DNA from: Lophium mytilinum | Taxonomy: Eukaryota | NCBI GenBank assembly: GCA_010093605.1 | Contig: MU004193.1 | Coordinates: 1,433,520 to 1,497,519 of the forward strand | Direction of reading: 5' to 3' | Length of the DNA stretch: 64,000 bases | Shown: positions 24,598-36,903 of the stretch, piece by piece | Layout of the letters: each line of letters starts with the position of its first letter | Numbering within the stretch: position 1 is the first letter of the stretch | Notes under the pieces: generated by a model | Told to the model about the DNA's origin: nothing | The model's input: only the letters and a program-made list of their open reading frames with translations | Databases searched by the model: none | Made by a program: the position numbers and the translations under genes

Positions 24598-25354
24598 GTC
24601 CTATTCCACCACGAGTCGAGCGATCGGAATATAGGGCCAACGCGTTGGCGAGAGCTGTTGCTTCCACCTCTGAGTGCCCTCTGCTGTAAGACACCCTCTC
24701 AAAGGGCTTCAGATAGAAGGCTAGCGGGCTAGCTACGACGGAGTACCGCTTAGGCGAGGATTACCCTTGTAGAGCATTCTAGGGTAACTACTAGATAGAG
24801 TAGGGGGCGTTGGAAAGAACACTAGCTTATTGCCAGTACCAGGAGCGAGCGTACTAGCTCTCAAAACCTATATCGAGGGCAGGCTGGAGGAAGGTAAGGA
24901 AGAGGTTGAAGACAAACGGACGAGGCTCTGTTCTTCCCCTCACCAAGGTTTAAGCCACCGCCACGGTAGCCTAGCTGCCCTGCAACGCCAATCATGTCCC
25001 CGGTTTTTACCGGGCTTATCATAACAGTAATGCAACACCAATAGGATCTTTTATAGCATCGAACTGCTTCATGTAAGGGGAGAATACTGCGCATTTACAC
25101 AGTATATTCTAGTGTAAATATTCTATATATCACGCCAGCTATTACTTGCAATTGACAGATTTAGAAGACCTAGAGCCTCTAATTAAAGACCAGGCCAGGG
25201 TCTAAGCAGGATTGACTGGATTGTAACATAGTAAATTGGCCAGGTATATGCGATATGGGACGCTTTTAATAGCTTTTCCCCGGTTATTTCAACCCGCCTA
25301 TCCTCCAAGGGTGCCCATACTGTTCCATGTCAAGACGCCATTAGAACTACTATA

Positions 25355-27772
25355 CTACACTCTCCCAGCAGCTTTCTGGATTCTTCCAACGACGTGGATC
25401 TGAAAGTATTTTTGGGCCTCATAGGTATCCATACCCTTTGTACGGTCCTGAAACTCAAGGCAAGCAAGAACCGTCTCGTAAAAGTTGTCGCCGACCATGT
25501 GAGGAAGCTTATCGTGACACTTGTCGAGCACACTTTCTCGCAGCTCCGTAGCCACGATGCGCTGTCTGTCCCGTTCGTTCGCAGATATCTTCGCTATTTG
25601 GCGGATATTCTGCCAAAAGGCAATCTCGACCAGTACCACTCCCTAGATTGTACCACGATATTAGTTCAATGTCAAGGTACGTAGGCCTTTCAAGAGTCAT
25701 ACCAATGCGTGAATATCATGAGCCTTTTCAAAAGGTAGCAAGGGCCGTCCCCACCGGTCAGGGTGCCGATAAAGGTTGCGATCAAGGGAGTGATCCTCCT
25801 CCAAATTCGTTCCGGCATCCCCCATTCGCATGTACTCAAAACCGAATAGATATGGACGAGCGAGATCAAGCGAGCCCTGGCGGGCAGTAAAGACGTCCGC
25901 AATGCCTAAAGAAGATGCAGCATCATCGGACACCTGTGGGAAATTCAGAGGGGAAAAAGCTATGTTCTCGCTTCGGATGCCCTTGTGGACCCAGCCAACC
26001 GTGTGAAAATGATCTAGTGCAACGGTGAGGGCGCAAGCAAGTCGGATGCGGTGTCCCAAAGAGACCCGCTTCTCCTGGTTGTATAATTTCAGTAATGTGA
26101 CCGGCTTGTCATGGATATTCGAATGTGGGGGTGTTTTGAATGCAAGGCCGAAAGTATGGTTTGGCTTGTCATGAAAGAAGCCTAGACATGGTAGGATATG
26201 GAAAGACCTAGCTTTGGGATGGCAGAGAAGACTTGTCATCTTGCGAACTTGCCGTAAGGTCTCCTCGTAAGGTTTCGAGGTTGTCGGATCTGCCACGTAT
26301 CGGTAGGTCTCGATGACGACTTCTAGTTTTGCAACGGTGCCGGAGTTGAATCTAGAAGGAGATGGCGTGAAGTCGACTTGCTCTCGGGGGATTTCTTCGT
26401 TTTCTGGGACCAAGCGATTGTCGTGATATATCTCGTGCAAGGATAGGGCCGTATCAGTTCCAGTCTTCTTCACAATGTCATCTTCATAAACGGCATCGTA
26501 TTCGCGAGAATTGAGCTGGGCAAGGACTGGTGTTTCGACCGCTTCACATGCAGCATCCACTGAGCTCTCGATGCTCTCAAGCATCCCCTCGATCACTCCG
26601 CTATCTCCTTGATGGGCTGGATCAGTTGCTAGCTGGGAAGACGTAACTAGTGTCGTATCTAGAGTCCGAAACGCCCGAATAATCTCGGTTTGGGCAGGCT
26701 GTGATAGTTTTCCCAGGACAGATCCAGTCGGAAAGACCTTGTCAAGCCCTTGCGCTAGGCCCTGAAGTCCACGAGCTCTGGTCACAATAGCTTCAATTCG
26801 AACTGCTGTTATATTCATTGGCGAGGCCGTTTTCAACCAATTCGCAATCTCAAGGCCCGTGAGATCATCGGAAAGTGAGACGCGGAAGAAGATATAGCCC
26901 GAGGGCTTCGCCATGAAGTTCTGATCTTGCGGTGCTTCGAGGCGGTGGAGCTTGATATTCGTAGATTCATGCCGGGCAAAGTCGTGAAAGACGGGAGTCT
27001 CTATCATCGCAGTTAGTCAAAGCTCATCCGCTTGTACAATTCAACAGTGGCAGTCTACCTGTGATCTTTGGGGTTTCCCGGAGAATGGAAGCAAGTTCCC
27101 CGACGAAAACTCCCTTCTCTACGCGACGCTGAAGTTCTTTCACTAGCAGATTCGAGAACGACCTTGAGCTCGGAAACGGTGTTGGTCTTCCCGTTGCACA
27201 AGCAGCAAGCAGCTCGAATCTACCCGTTTCTTTCTTTCCATTCATAATCAAAGAAGCATGACAGCAGTCAAGGATGAGGAGGACATCTCCTCTAGCTGCA
27301 AATAGCAGTTGCTGCGTGACATGCCACTGAACCGTAGGCCCTCCTTCAAGGAAACTTGAAAATCATAGTCAGCGTCAGTAGATTTTGAATGCGAGGAAAG
27401 GACATACGCTGCCCATTCGGCAAGCCCGTTTTCGTCCGGTGCACAATGTCCAGCATAGTACACCACTATCAAAGAATCCTCGGAAGGAGACTGGTTATGT
27501 ACGAATTCCCCGATTTCTCTATTCAGGAGACGTTGTTGGGATCCGTCTTTCGGAAGAGGCAGTGAAGTAACTGTGTATTTGAAGCGTTGCTCGAAACATT
27601 CGCGAAGCTCGTCGATCTCTTTCTCCGGATTAAAATCGTTCTCTTGCCAATGGATAAGAAGAACATGAGCCTGGGTATACACCTGGCGGCTGGTGAAGTA
27701 GGCCCCAACTCCAGTCTGGAAAGAGTGGACAACTTTGTATTCCCACTCGTCCGCCATGTTTGGCTTCGGCAT
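25355..27772 (-). CDS. Caspase-like (clan CD, peptidase C14-like) domain fused to a C-terminal kinase-like (probable pseudokinase) domain (4 exons)
   Basis: Introns read at 27355-27407, 27001-27058 and 25643-25702, all restoring frame. N-terminal part has HVLLIHW, LIVVYYAGHC (His), DVLLILDCCHA (Cys), ELLAAC and SFS. C-terminal part has FHILPCLGFF, HTVGWVHKGIRSENI, PYLFGFEY, LYRHPD and HDIHALGVVLVEIAFW. Confidence 0.82.
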
Positions 27773-28098
27773 AGTAGGTTGTCGCAAAAGGACGTGTATT
27801 TGAGAGAAACCAATGCCAATTCCAGGCTAGCCAGGGTGTCATGCAGATGTTTGAATGCGTCGACACTCCCACAAGGCTGGCAAATAGCATGCTCCATCGC
27901 TCATGCGTGGAAGGTGACTGATAACGCTACGTAATCTCAGCTCTACTTCATTGGATGATCTGTTCCGGCGTGCAGTTACACAGGTTGCCTGCTTGATGCC
28001 TAGTCTTGAGTTTTCGTTGATTTTAAGACTGACCGGATATTTATGTTATGTATTGATCCCGCAGCCTTGAAACCTCACCGGTCAAATTACACTGCGAG

Positions 28099-28542
28099 AT
28101 GTCTGCCGAACAAAGAATCCGAATGAGAACAAAACCGGCGGAAGATTCATCGGACGATGAGGCTACTACCGTCAATGTGAGCTCCTCAGCCTTGCGCCCT
28201 ATAGCTACTTCTAATGCTATTATCAGCTTTCCGCGCCGTTTTCTAGCAGTGTCGCTGGTGAATTTCGCGGTCGCACAGATACGTACCAAACTCCCGCTCC
28301 GGTCAGCAGTCATGATCATGGCTAGAGCATGAAGCGCTGATTTGTCCCAGTGGCCTACAATCCCGCGCTACCAAAAGGATGAGGTCGTGTATCTCATGAT
28401 AGTTGGCCAGCCGCAACCCGCAGGTCCATACGTCATTGTTTCCGTGACGGCCGATGGTCTTTATGTGATCAAGCGTAGAGATAACAACGAGCAATACCCC
28501 GAGTACATTACTGAGGATCGTCTGGTGGTGCCTGCCCAATAG
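28099..28542 (+). CDS. Small (~114 aa) hypothetical protein with a C-terminal SH3/Tudor-like beta-rich pattern (3 exons, manual model)
   Basis: Introns 28177-28226 (GTGAGC...CTAAT...CAG) and 28302-28350 (GTCAGC...CTGAT...CAG) give one frame ending YQKDEVVYL...GPYVIVSV...GLYVIKR...YITEDRL. The fold assignment is inference. Confidence 0.6.
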
Positions 28543-28795
28543 CGTACGAGGTGTGTTGGGCTGAGCGAGAAGGATCTGCTTTTTGCTGCAGCCTACTAGA
28601 GTACCCTGCTCAGCTGAGGCAACGCGGGGCTGTTTCTAGGGAATCCGGCTTTCTCTAAGGCACTTTTCAAATCTATCTCATTCCGCGAGACCAAAATCAA
28701 CTTTCGGGGAGGCAGATTGTACAATTAAACCTCTTTTGACAACGCGCACATAAAATCCCCCCGGTAGGAACTTGGGTGTACATCAGTCGTGAACA

Positions 28796-29982
28796 ATGCA
28801 GGCCCCTACAGAGCAAATACCGATGCATTTCGTCCAACGGCTGCCAGGTTGACCATCACGCCTTGAACACTGAGCAGCAAGAAAAGCTAATCAACCGCAG
28901 CATATCCAACTAGTAATGTCGCTAGACAGTGCTTTGTTCATCATCCCACATGTAGTAAGTCGGCTCACTATGGCGTATCCAATGCCTCCGGCTGACGAGA
29001 CCACAAAGTTGAGAGTTTTCAGCAAGGCTACCCTCGATTGTCTGCTTTCATGAACAGCGACCGCGATTTTGTGACATTCCGCTATTTTGGGCGTCTACAT
29101 GCTCGCATTCTATTACAAAAGCAAGACGAAATCATCGAACTTGAGGAAAGACTGGACGAACTCGACAGAAATGAAGCCACCGCGCACTTCCACCGTTCTC
29201 GACGACATGATAGAAACACGATTCGACAAGACATCCTACGAGAAGCGGAGAGAAAGCTTGAAGATTACAGTAATGACTGGAGTTTGCGAAACGATGATTT
29301 GAAATGCTAACCCTGTGGTAGACAAACTTTTACACTCCTACTACGAACACATCGAGAGGCCTAAGCCAGAGCGTATGAAAACTCAGAGTGTGTGTAATTG
29401 GATGAACGGCAACAAACCTTTGATCCAACCCGAATCCACTTTCCTCAATGACTTTGACGATCTATCGACTCCAAACGAGCGTACTGATCAAGGAGGATTG
29501 GACCGTGTTCTGGAGAAGTATGCATACTCGCTTCGCAAGAATGGCCCCAGAAAGGTTCGCAGTTATTCCCTTGCCAAATTTAATGCACCGAATAACCTCT
29601 GAACAGCAATTCTTCTCCGCACTCGTAAGTTCCGAGTCCTTCATATTGCACACTTCGTACAATAATACGTGACGCACAGGACGACAGTTCCAAGTCCAAC
29701 GACCGCCACGTACTTTTGTTGAGTCCTTCGCGCATCCATGCAGTGTCTAGGTTCTTGACGACGGCTCTTGCGGTGCTGACTTTGACTGTGCCCATCGTCG
29801 TCCTCTATGTGGTACATGCGATGACTTCGAGACTCTGCATCATCTCGCTTTTTACCGCGCTATTCTCTTCAGCCTTGTCCTGGCTCACGCATTCCCGGAA
29901 CTACGAGATTTTTTCGGCGACAGCAGCATATTGCGCTGTGATGGTTGTGTTTGTGGGAAACATTCCAGGTGGGCCCTCGTGA
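28796..29982 (+). CDS. DUF6594-like membrane protein (N-terminal helical/coiled-coil region, three C-terminal TM segments; multi-exon)
   Basis: Family signature GYPRLSAFMNSDRDFVTFRYFGRLHARILLQKQDEIIELEERLDELD, and C-terminal ...LTVPIVVLY...ISLFTALFSSAL...RNYEIFSATAAYCAVMVVFVG. Several short GT-AG introns including an 18-nt micro-exon near 29.6 kb. The 5' exons are a manual model. Confidence 0.8.
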
Positions 29983-29993
29983 TCCGGAAGAGT

Positions 29994-32900
29994 TTATCTC
30001 GTAGACCCTTTACTCAACAATACTTGAACTTCTTCCAGACAGCTCAAAAAGTGATTCGCGGCAGCCGTTTCTTCTCCGTCTCTTTTAAAAGCTTTATGAT
30101 CGACACCCAGTCCTCGCTCTTTGGTTTTCTCGATCAGCCTGCAAACCAGCTGGAAAGGAGTTCCCCCTTGGCTCATCAAGATAGGTCTTTGAGGAAACTT
30201 GTATAATGTGCAATCAGCTCCGGCTTGTAGAAGGGCTTGCACACCTTGAATATCACCGAAATAAGCTGCAACATGCAGCGGGGTCCAACCAGCAGAATTG
30301 AAGGCATTGAGAACACCTTCAATCGCATCCGGAGACAGCATTTCCAGGATCTGTTTCGCGACCGAGCCTCGATTACTCGCGTTTCTGACAGCGACATGAA
30401 GTATGTTCTCAGAAGGAGCTCCGTCTTTGACGCCGAAAAGTATCTTGGCGCCAGTTTTGATGAGGAGTCGGGCGACTTCCAGATGCCTACTGTTCACTGC
30501 TGAGCACAACGGTGTGTCCCCTCTCCTGTCTGGCTTTTCAAGAGACGCCCCAGAATCGATCAGCAAATTGGCGACAACTTTAGATCCGAATTTGGCGGTA
30601 TAAGTTAACGCAGTGTTCCCATCCGAGGCTTTGCAATCGATGTCAATGTTGGGTCGGGCGAGCAGTATGCGAGCCATCTCAGCCCCATCGAAAAGAGCAC
30701 AATAATGCAGAGCATTGCGGCCAAACTTGTCGAGATCATTGGCTTCATCGACGTGATCGAGAAGCACACTCAACTTCTTCGAGATGAAACGACGATCGAC
30801 GCAGCAGCGTGCCGCCTGCGCCAGGATACCGCCCTCCTCACACGGCTTCTTTGCACTTGCACCGGCAGCCAGAAGCTCTTCCATGATATACGACTCGGAA
30901 TCATGGTCCCTAGTAGCACATATCAAAGGTGTCCTGCCCACGGAGTCCAGGATATCGATATCCAGCCCCTTGGCGAGTAATGTTCGGATAGTTCGAATGG
31001 CAGCAGTGCGGCTTTCGTGGCCATGAGCGACGTATCTCTCGAAGGGGATTGTACTCCGCCCTATCATGTGAAATGGTGAAAACTTCCAGTAGTAATCTCC
31101 CCCGTAAGTATCAGCTCCATTATCTAGAAGCGTTTCTGCAATTTCCGCAAAGTGGTAAGCGACTGCCACATCCAACGGGCTGAAACTTGGAAACGGAGGA
31201 TCTCGTAGGTCACCATAACCTGCGATCTTGCCCTTCCATCTTTTGTTGATATCTGCACCATGAAGGATCAGCTCGTTGACTAAATCCAGATAGCCGCAAC
31301 GTGCTGCCCAGTGTAATGGCGTGCCAACCAGCTCCATGCAATATTCCGGTAGACTGACTTTTGCTTCGCAGGATGAGTCGAGGCCCAAGTGGCAAATGCC
31401 TTTGCGGATCGTATTCGACTCCGAAGAACCAACCACTAGCAGTCTTAACAAAGCTTTGGCATCCGTGGGAGAAAACATAACGAGCCAATGAAGAGGATTG
31501 GGGGCATCTTCTGGTGGAAAAACTTTGCAATGTGGTATCAGACTATTTGCCAGGACGTAATCTCCGTTCTTGCAAGCAGTTATGAGTAATTTATGGAGAC
31601 CAGCTGGACGATCAGAAGTTCCATTTGGCATCTGTTTCAAAAACGTCCGAACTCGCAATAGGTTCAAGATTCCCATGCTCGGGCAATCCTCTCCCGGGCG
31701 ATCATAAGCACTGTTATCTGGGTCTGCGTCCTGTTCCGATCGGTTTTTGTCCTCAATGCACTTCAATGCTGCGGCAACTCTCGGATATATGCATTTTGCG
31801 ACCTCGTTGTATGTTGCCGCTTTAGCAAGATTGATCATAGTTTGAGAAGCATCCGGCAGAGTACCGTATCCAATGTGGTACACCACAGAAAGCTGAAGAT
31901 GTACGAATGCACTCCTAACAGGGTCTCTCTCATCAACTACAGCATTTTTCAGTCGCTCTGCTGTTCTACATTGGACATCCCATGTAGGCGATATTGTCAT
32001 AGAAACCTAGAGTGTGATTAGCGTGAGTCTTTCCACCAATGATTTTGCAACGAACCCGGAACATATCTAGGTCTTCGTACTGATACTTTCTTGGCACATG
32101 CACAAGAGGTAATGCAAGATGAGTTGAACGCAGACTTATGCTTGCATTAGATGCTTGATAGTCCTCTTTTGGATCGACGGCGCGTAAAGTCAAGTTCTCA
32201 GATGATGGGGGCATCAACCGGGTAACTGTTCCGGGGTTTCTTTTCAGCGGTTTGGAGTCATCCGGTGATCTGGACATCAGGGGACTCGAGCGTTGGATCG
32301 GGCCAGTGTACTGTGGCCGGGCTTCATCAGTTCCTTGGGAGAGTGTTTTTGTAATCTGATCTAGGCTTCCGCGCCGAGATGCATTATCTCTCAGACAGAG
32401 CTCCAAGGTGTCTTTAATGTAGCGTACGAGAAAGGGATCCTCGGAGGGAAGGCGGCCAACGGAGTGTAGTACAAGCTCTAACATATAATCTTCCCTGGTT
32501 GCCGCTACTCTTGCCAGAAACGCGTGCACAGTCTCGCCCTGATCGACCAAATCTTCATCTACAAAACTCCCCCCGTTAAGAGCCACTTCGACCAGAAGAA
32601 GCCCGAAGGAGTAAGCATCAGCCTTTTTGAATGAATCAAAAGAATTTTCAAACTTTGCAACTCCAGGACCTGTACGCGAAGCAATCTCTGGAGCATTATA
32701 CCTTGTAGTGCCAAGGTAGTAGACTTCCGGCTGCTTCACAAAATCATCTTCGAAAAAAGCGCACCCAAAATCTGCAAGCTTAGCAACTTGTGGCCGCCCA
32801 CTTTTGTCATCTGCGTTGCCGAAGACCAGCACGTTGTCGATCTTCACATCACCATGAATGATGTGGCAATCGTGAAGAGACCGAAGTGCCATGCCTACAT

Positions 32901-33414
32901 CGGAAGCCAACTCGCGTCGTTCACTCAAAGGGATTTTGCGAGTCTGCAGAAATTGTCGGAGCGTACCGTCGCCGGAGTAGTCCATGACTAGATATGGTGA
33001 AATGCCTTGCAACGGATCGTTCTTCCACCCGTAGCCTAGAATCGAGATGACGCAGCTATTCGACCGCAACGGTGGATGCATCAATACACGCAGTTCGCGC
33101 CTGACGCTGGAAAAGCGCTTTTCGAGCTCCTCGGCCGAATTTGTCCTAGTAACTACATGTTTGACAGCGACGTAGTATTCGGGTCCCTCTTGCTGATGGA
33201 GGATCTCCCGGGTTACCTGGAAGCTGTTTCCGCTGCCGAGGAAATCCACTCTTCGCAGATGCTGTGGTTCGATGAAGGCCAAGTCACCCTTCGTTTCAGC
33301 CACGATTTCGCTAAAAATGATTGTTCCATTGTCTTTCTGGGCATTAGGGTTGCACACTGCAGCCTGTTGCGCCTCAGCTGTGGGGCGGGTAAAGTTGGAC
33401 CAAACAGAAGACAT
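29994..33414 (-). CDS. Protein kinase - ankyrin repeat protein (2 exons)
   Basis: Kinase motifs GSGNSFQV, VAVK, HGDVKIDNVL, DFG and GTTRYNAPE. Intron 32007-32055 joins in frame to an ankyrin array (GTPLHWAA, SPLDVAV, GRTPLICA, GRNALHYCA, GNTALTYTA, GDTPLCSAV, GWTPLHVAA). Confidence 0.88.
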
Positions 33415-34011
33415 AGCCAGCAAACTTGAGCGAGGCGTGTAAAAGACGAGATGCAAAAGTAGTCGAGGTTGTTGGAAAATGAGATAGTTTACGTGGGACC
33501 GTGTTTGCTCTAGGATGGGGGCGGAACACATCAACGTGGAAGGCCTCTGTCCCTGTTACACAAGCCCCTCATCAGCTTCTGCGGTGCCAGCGCTAAGAGA
33601 ACATGAGCCCTAGGATGGGCTTCTTTCAGCTTTGACGGCAGTAGACCAGTAAGATAGGCATTTGAATGGCAATAGGCTCCAGCCAACGCCACCTTACACG
33701 GAGCCCTCCGTCAGCCTTGCCAGACACATCTCCGGTCGATGCCTATTGGCTTAGGAACTGCAGCCTGGTGACAGCAAAGCCTATAATTATCTCGAAGGTG
33801 TACAGCCTGGTCACGTGTACGGCAAATAGTCTTCTAGTGGCTTTCAATGTAAACTAAGCGTGAAAGGCAGCGCTCGTTGGTTCCCTCACGTATCTATGTG
33901 CGGATTCGGGAGTGGAACTGGGTGACTCAAGACAAGGGTTACAAGTACCGGGCTAGCGACATGCTTAATCAGACTGAGGACACAAAGGAGAAAGGTCTTG
34001 TAAAAAGAAAA

Positions 34012-36485
34012 TTATTGGTACAGATGCCCCGGAATCGGTGGCGCAACATCGTACGCCGTCGTAACACTGCAATGCCCAACCTCTTTCCGATGGTTCCAAC
34101 TCACGACACCCCACTGAACGGGTAGTAGATGAGCCTCTTTATCTTCCGTTGGCCGATGACACTGTGCACTAATCGCCGCACTACAGGTCCGCACCAACGG
34201 CGCAGACTGCGCGCCCCGTGGTAGTTTCCGGAATCCAAAGAGGAGGACGGTTAAAACAATGATGCAGCCTGACACCAAACTAAAAATGATACCCATAATC
34301 GACCACCCGACGCGAGAAGCGTCGTACTGATAGTTCCGTGAGCCATCAGCATTCCATCCTGCTGTCTGTACCACGAAAACGCTCTGAGATATGAGCCAAT
34401 GTAACAGAATCGACGAACCAGAAAGTGGAATAGCGTAGCGAAGTGGCAGTGACAGGAAGTAAGACGAGCGTTGGATGCCAACGGGGAAAGAGACTCGGAG
34501 CGGTCGTCTATGGCTCGCCATGTTAGCCCACTCGCAGGCTACCAGGACGCTCGTAAGGAGACCATTGACAAGCAGATAGAGGAAAGAGCAAAGGATCTGG
34601 AACATGTTGGCAAAGAGAACGCAGACTAAGAAGCCGGTCGTTGGGTTGGATATCTCGAAGCTTCCACCAATGAGCGAGTATGCTCGCACCTGTCCAAAAC
34701 CCTGTTTCCATAGGTCTGGGATATCTATAGGAATGCCTTCCTTTTTGAACAAGTTGATAGTTTGGGATAGGAGAACTCCAACGACGATGAGAACTACTTT
34801 GCACCTACGGAAGGTAAGTTTGAGAAGTAAAGGTTCGGAGGGACAACCTACAGAGCCACGGTGACTATCCACCTACGTATACTGGCTGCCTGAAACCACC
34901 GTGGTCGGTTTCGAGGGTGCCACGAAATCTGTGCGGAATCCCATTTTTGGTTGTTGAAATCCGCGAAGGTTGAACCGCACATATTCTCTGTACTCAAATC
35001 GCGGTGTGTTAGGAAGGAGTGAATGGCATCGCCCAAGATCACCAGAGTGTTATCGTTAACGCAAAGAGCCGTGTAGCAGATCAGCGTACACTTAAGCGCG
35101 TTTAGTATGCAGACCAAGAACATAATAGGCGGACTGTAATGTAGAGAACAACGCCTGCTATTGGAACCGGCAGCATCGCTTAGACAGCGGCTAACGGGCA
35201 CGCTGTGGCCTGGCCATACCTCAACGGTCCAGTTTGACAAGTTTGGAAGCATGTGGTCGAAGCTACATGCTTCCTTAGGATGCACACTTGGATCACATAC
35301 CCAATTGGAAGCGCCGTCCCATCCGGTTCGATGTGAAGGGTTGTGAAATCCTGCAATTAATGAGGTTCCGTCGTTTGAGGTAATCGAGTTGTTTGTGAAG
35401 ACAGTGACTACCACAACGTCCCCAACGGCTGCGAGGGGATCGGTGTATCGCTCGAGGCAAGCCTCTTTACTCAACTTCTGGAAGTTCCGTCTCTGTGTTT
35501 GCAGTCGAGATATAGCTACATCTGATGTATTCCAGGGCGTATTGTTATCCAGAAAATCGCTTGTAACATATGCAGTAACGTAAGTGTTGATGGGTACTGA
35601 TGAAAACACCGCGGAATTCCAACTGATTGTCGATTAGTTCCCTCTTTTAACGAGCTCAACTACCATGGCTTCCTGATCATGACTGTTCGGAAAGGAATAC
35701 GGGATAGATATTAGAGGAGATAAAAGGGTAAGCCATTCTCATGACTTTGATTAAGCAACTCTTCTATCTCACGATGAATCAATCGTCAGATGCGCAAGAA
35801 AGAAAATGGTGAGGACTAACAAGAGACTGAGGAATCCAGAGCTGATGAGTAACAGAAACCAGATAAGTTTTCTTATCCAGACGATGTGTCGAAGGTTACG
35901 GATGCTCGGGCATCCAATGTCAAGCCATTCGTGCTTTTGATGTGCCTCATCCACTTCTTTTCGAGTCGGTGCAACTAGGATTTGCATGCAGAAATTGCTT
36001 GAACCAAGTAGGACGGTGGATAAAGCGTTGATGATCAAATGTAGCCAAAGATCCAATTGCTTAACCACGTCGCAATTTCCTTGATAAATCGTGCCGATTC
36101 CATTTCTGGTGTTTCTCTTGGACATCGCCCAGGCAGTCCAGGCGACGTTGATAACAAAAACAATGCCCGATAACACCTGCTGACAGGTCAATGCCGTTTT
36201 CCTGTCCGAAAGTAGCCTTATCCATAGAGAATGCGACTTGTTCGGATCGGTGGCAGGAAACCAGCGTTTGACCATTTCCACACTGGCAAATCGAGTGCTA
36301 CCGATGTTGTTAGTATGTGACAGCGGCTGGAAATAAGAGTGAGCAGATACGCACTTGATCAACTCTGAGCTTTGTGGGGTGGTGGGCAACGAAGAGTGAC
36401 ATTCCGGTGTTGCGAAATCCAAAGAACGACCTCCTTGATCTGGAGGGGTGCACCCGGTAGGAAGAAGAAACACAGCAGAGTTCAT
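34012..36485 (-). CDS. DUF6536-like multi-pass fungal membrane protein (multi-exon; start uncertain)
   Basis: Motifs HLIINALSTVLLGSSNFCMQILVAPTRKEVDEAH...WLDIG.PSIRNL, a Cys-containing luminal region, and LRVSFPVGIQRSSYFLSLPLRY...LHWLISQSVF. These are spread over three collinear ORFs separated by intron-like gaps. Confidence 0.75.
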
Positions 36486-36903
36486 ATCGTAAGTATTGTG
36501 GGCGACTTACTGCCCAGAGGTGTTGGTAGCATCAATTCCGTCCTCGTTCTGAGATGGACGGATAAAGACCACGGTGAGATATCTTAGTGAACAGGAGATT
36601 CAAGCTTGATAGAGCGAGGCCTGGTAGAGCACAAAGGAGGCTTAGACATGCGCAGCCGCTGACCAGCAAGCATAGGAGTCGACATGTCTGCCAGCGGTAG
36701 AGGGGCACAGTAGGCGGTCGCGGGGCGAGAGGCGATCATCAGCGCCACATATGCGCATCCGGCTTCTTTCAGCCTTGCCAACCTTGAAACGCAAGTAGGC
36801 ATTGATTCGCTTAGGTACTCCAGGTTGGTGGTGATATTATGGGGCGATATCCAAACAAGGCATGCGGCTGTAACGAAGGTACTCTAGGCTGAATGGGTGC
36901 CCT

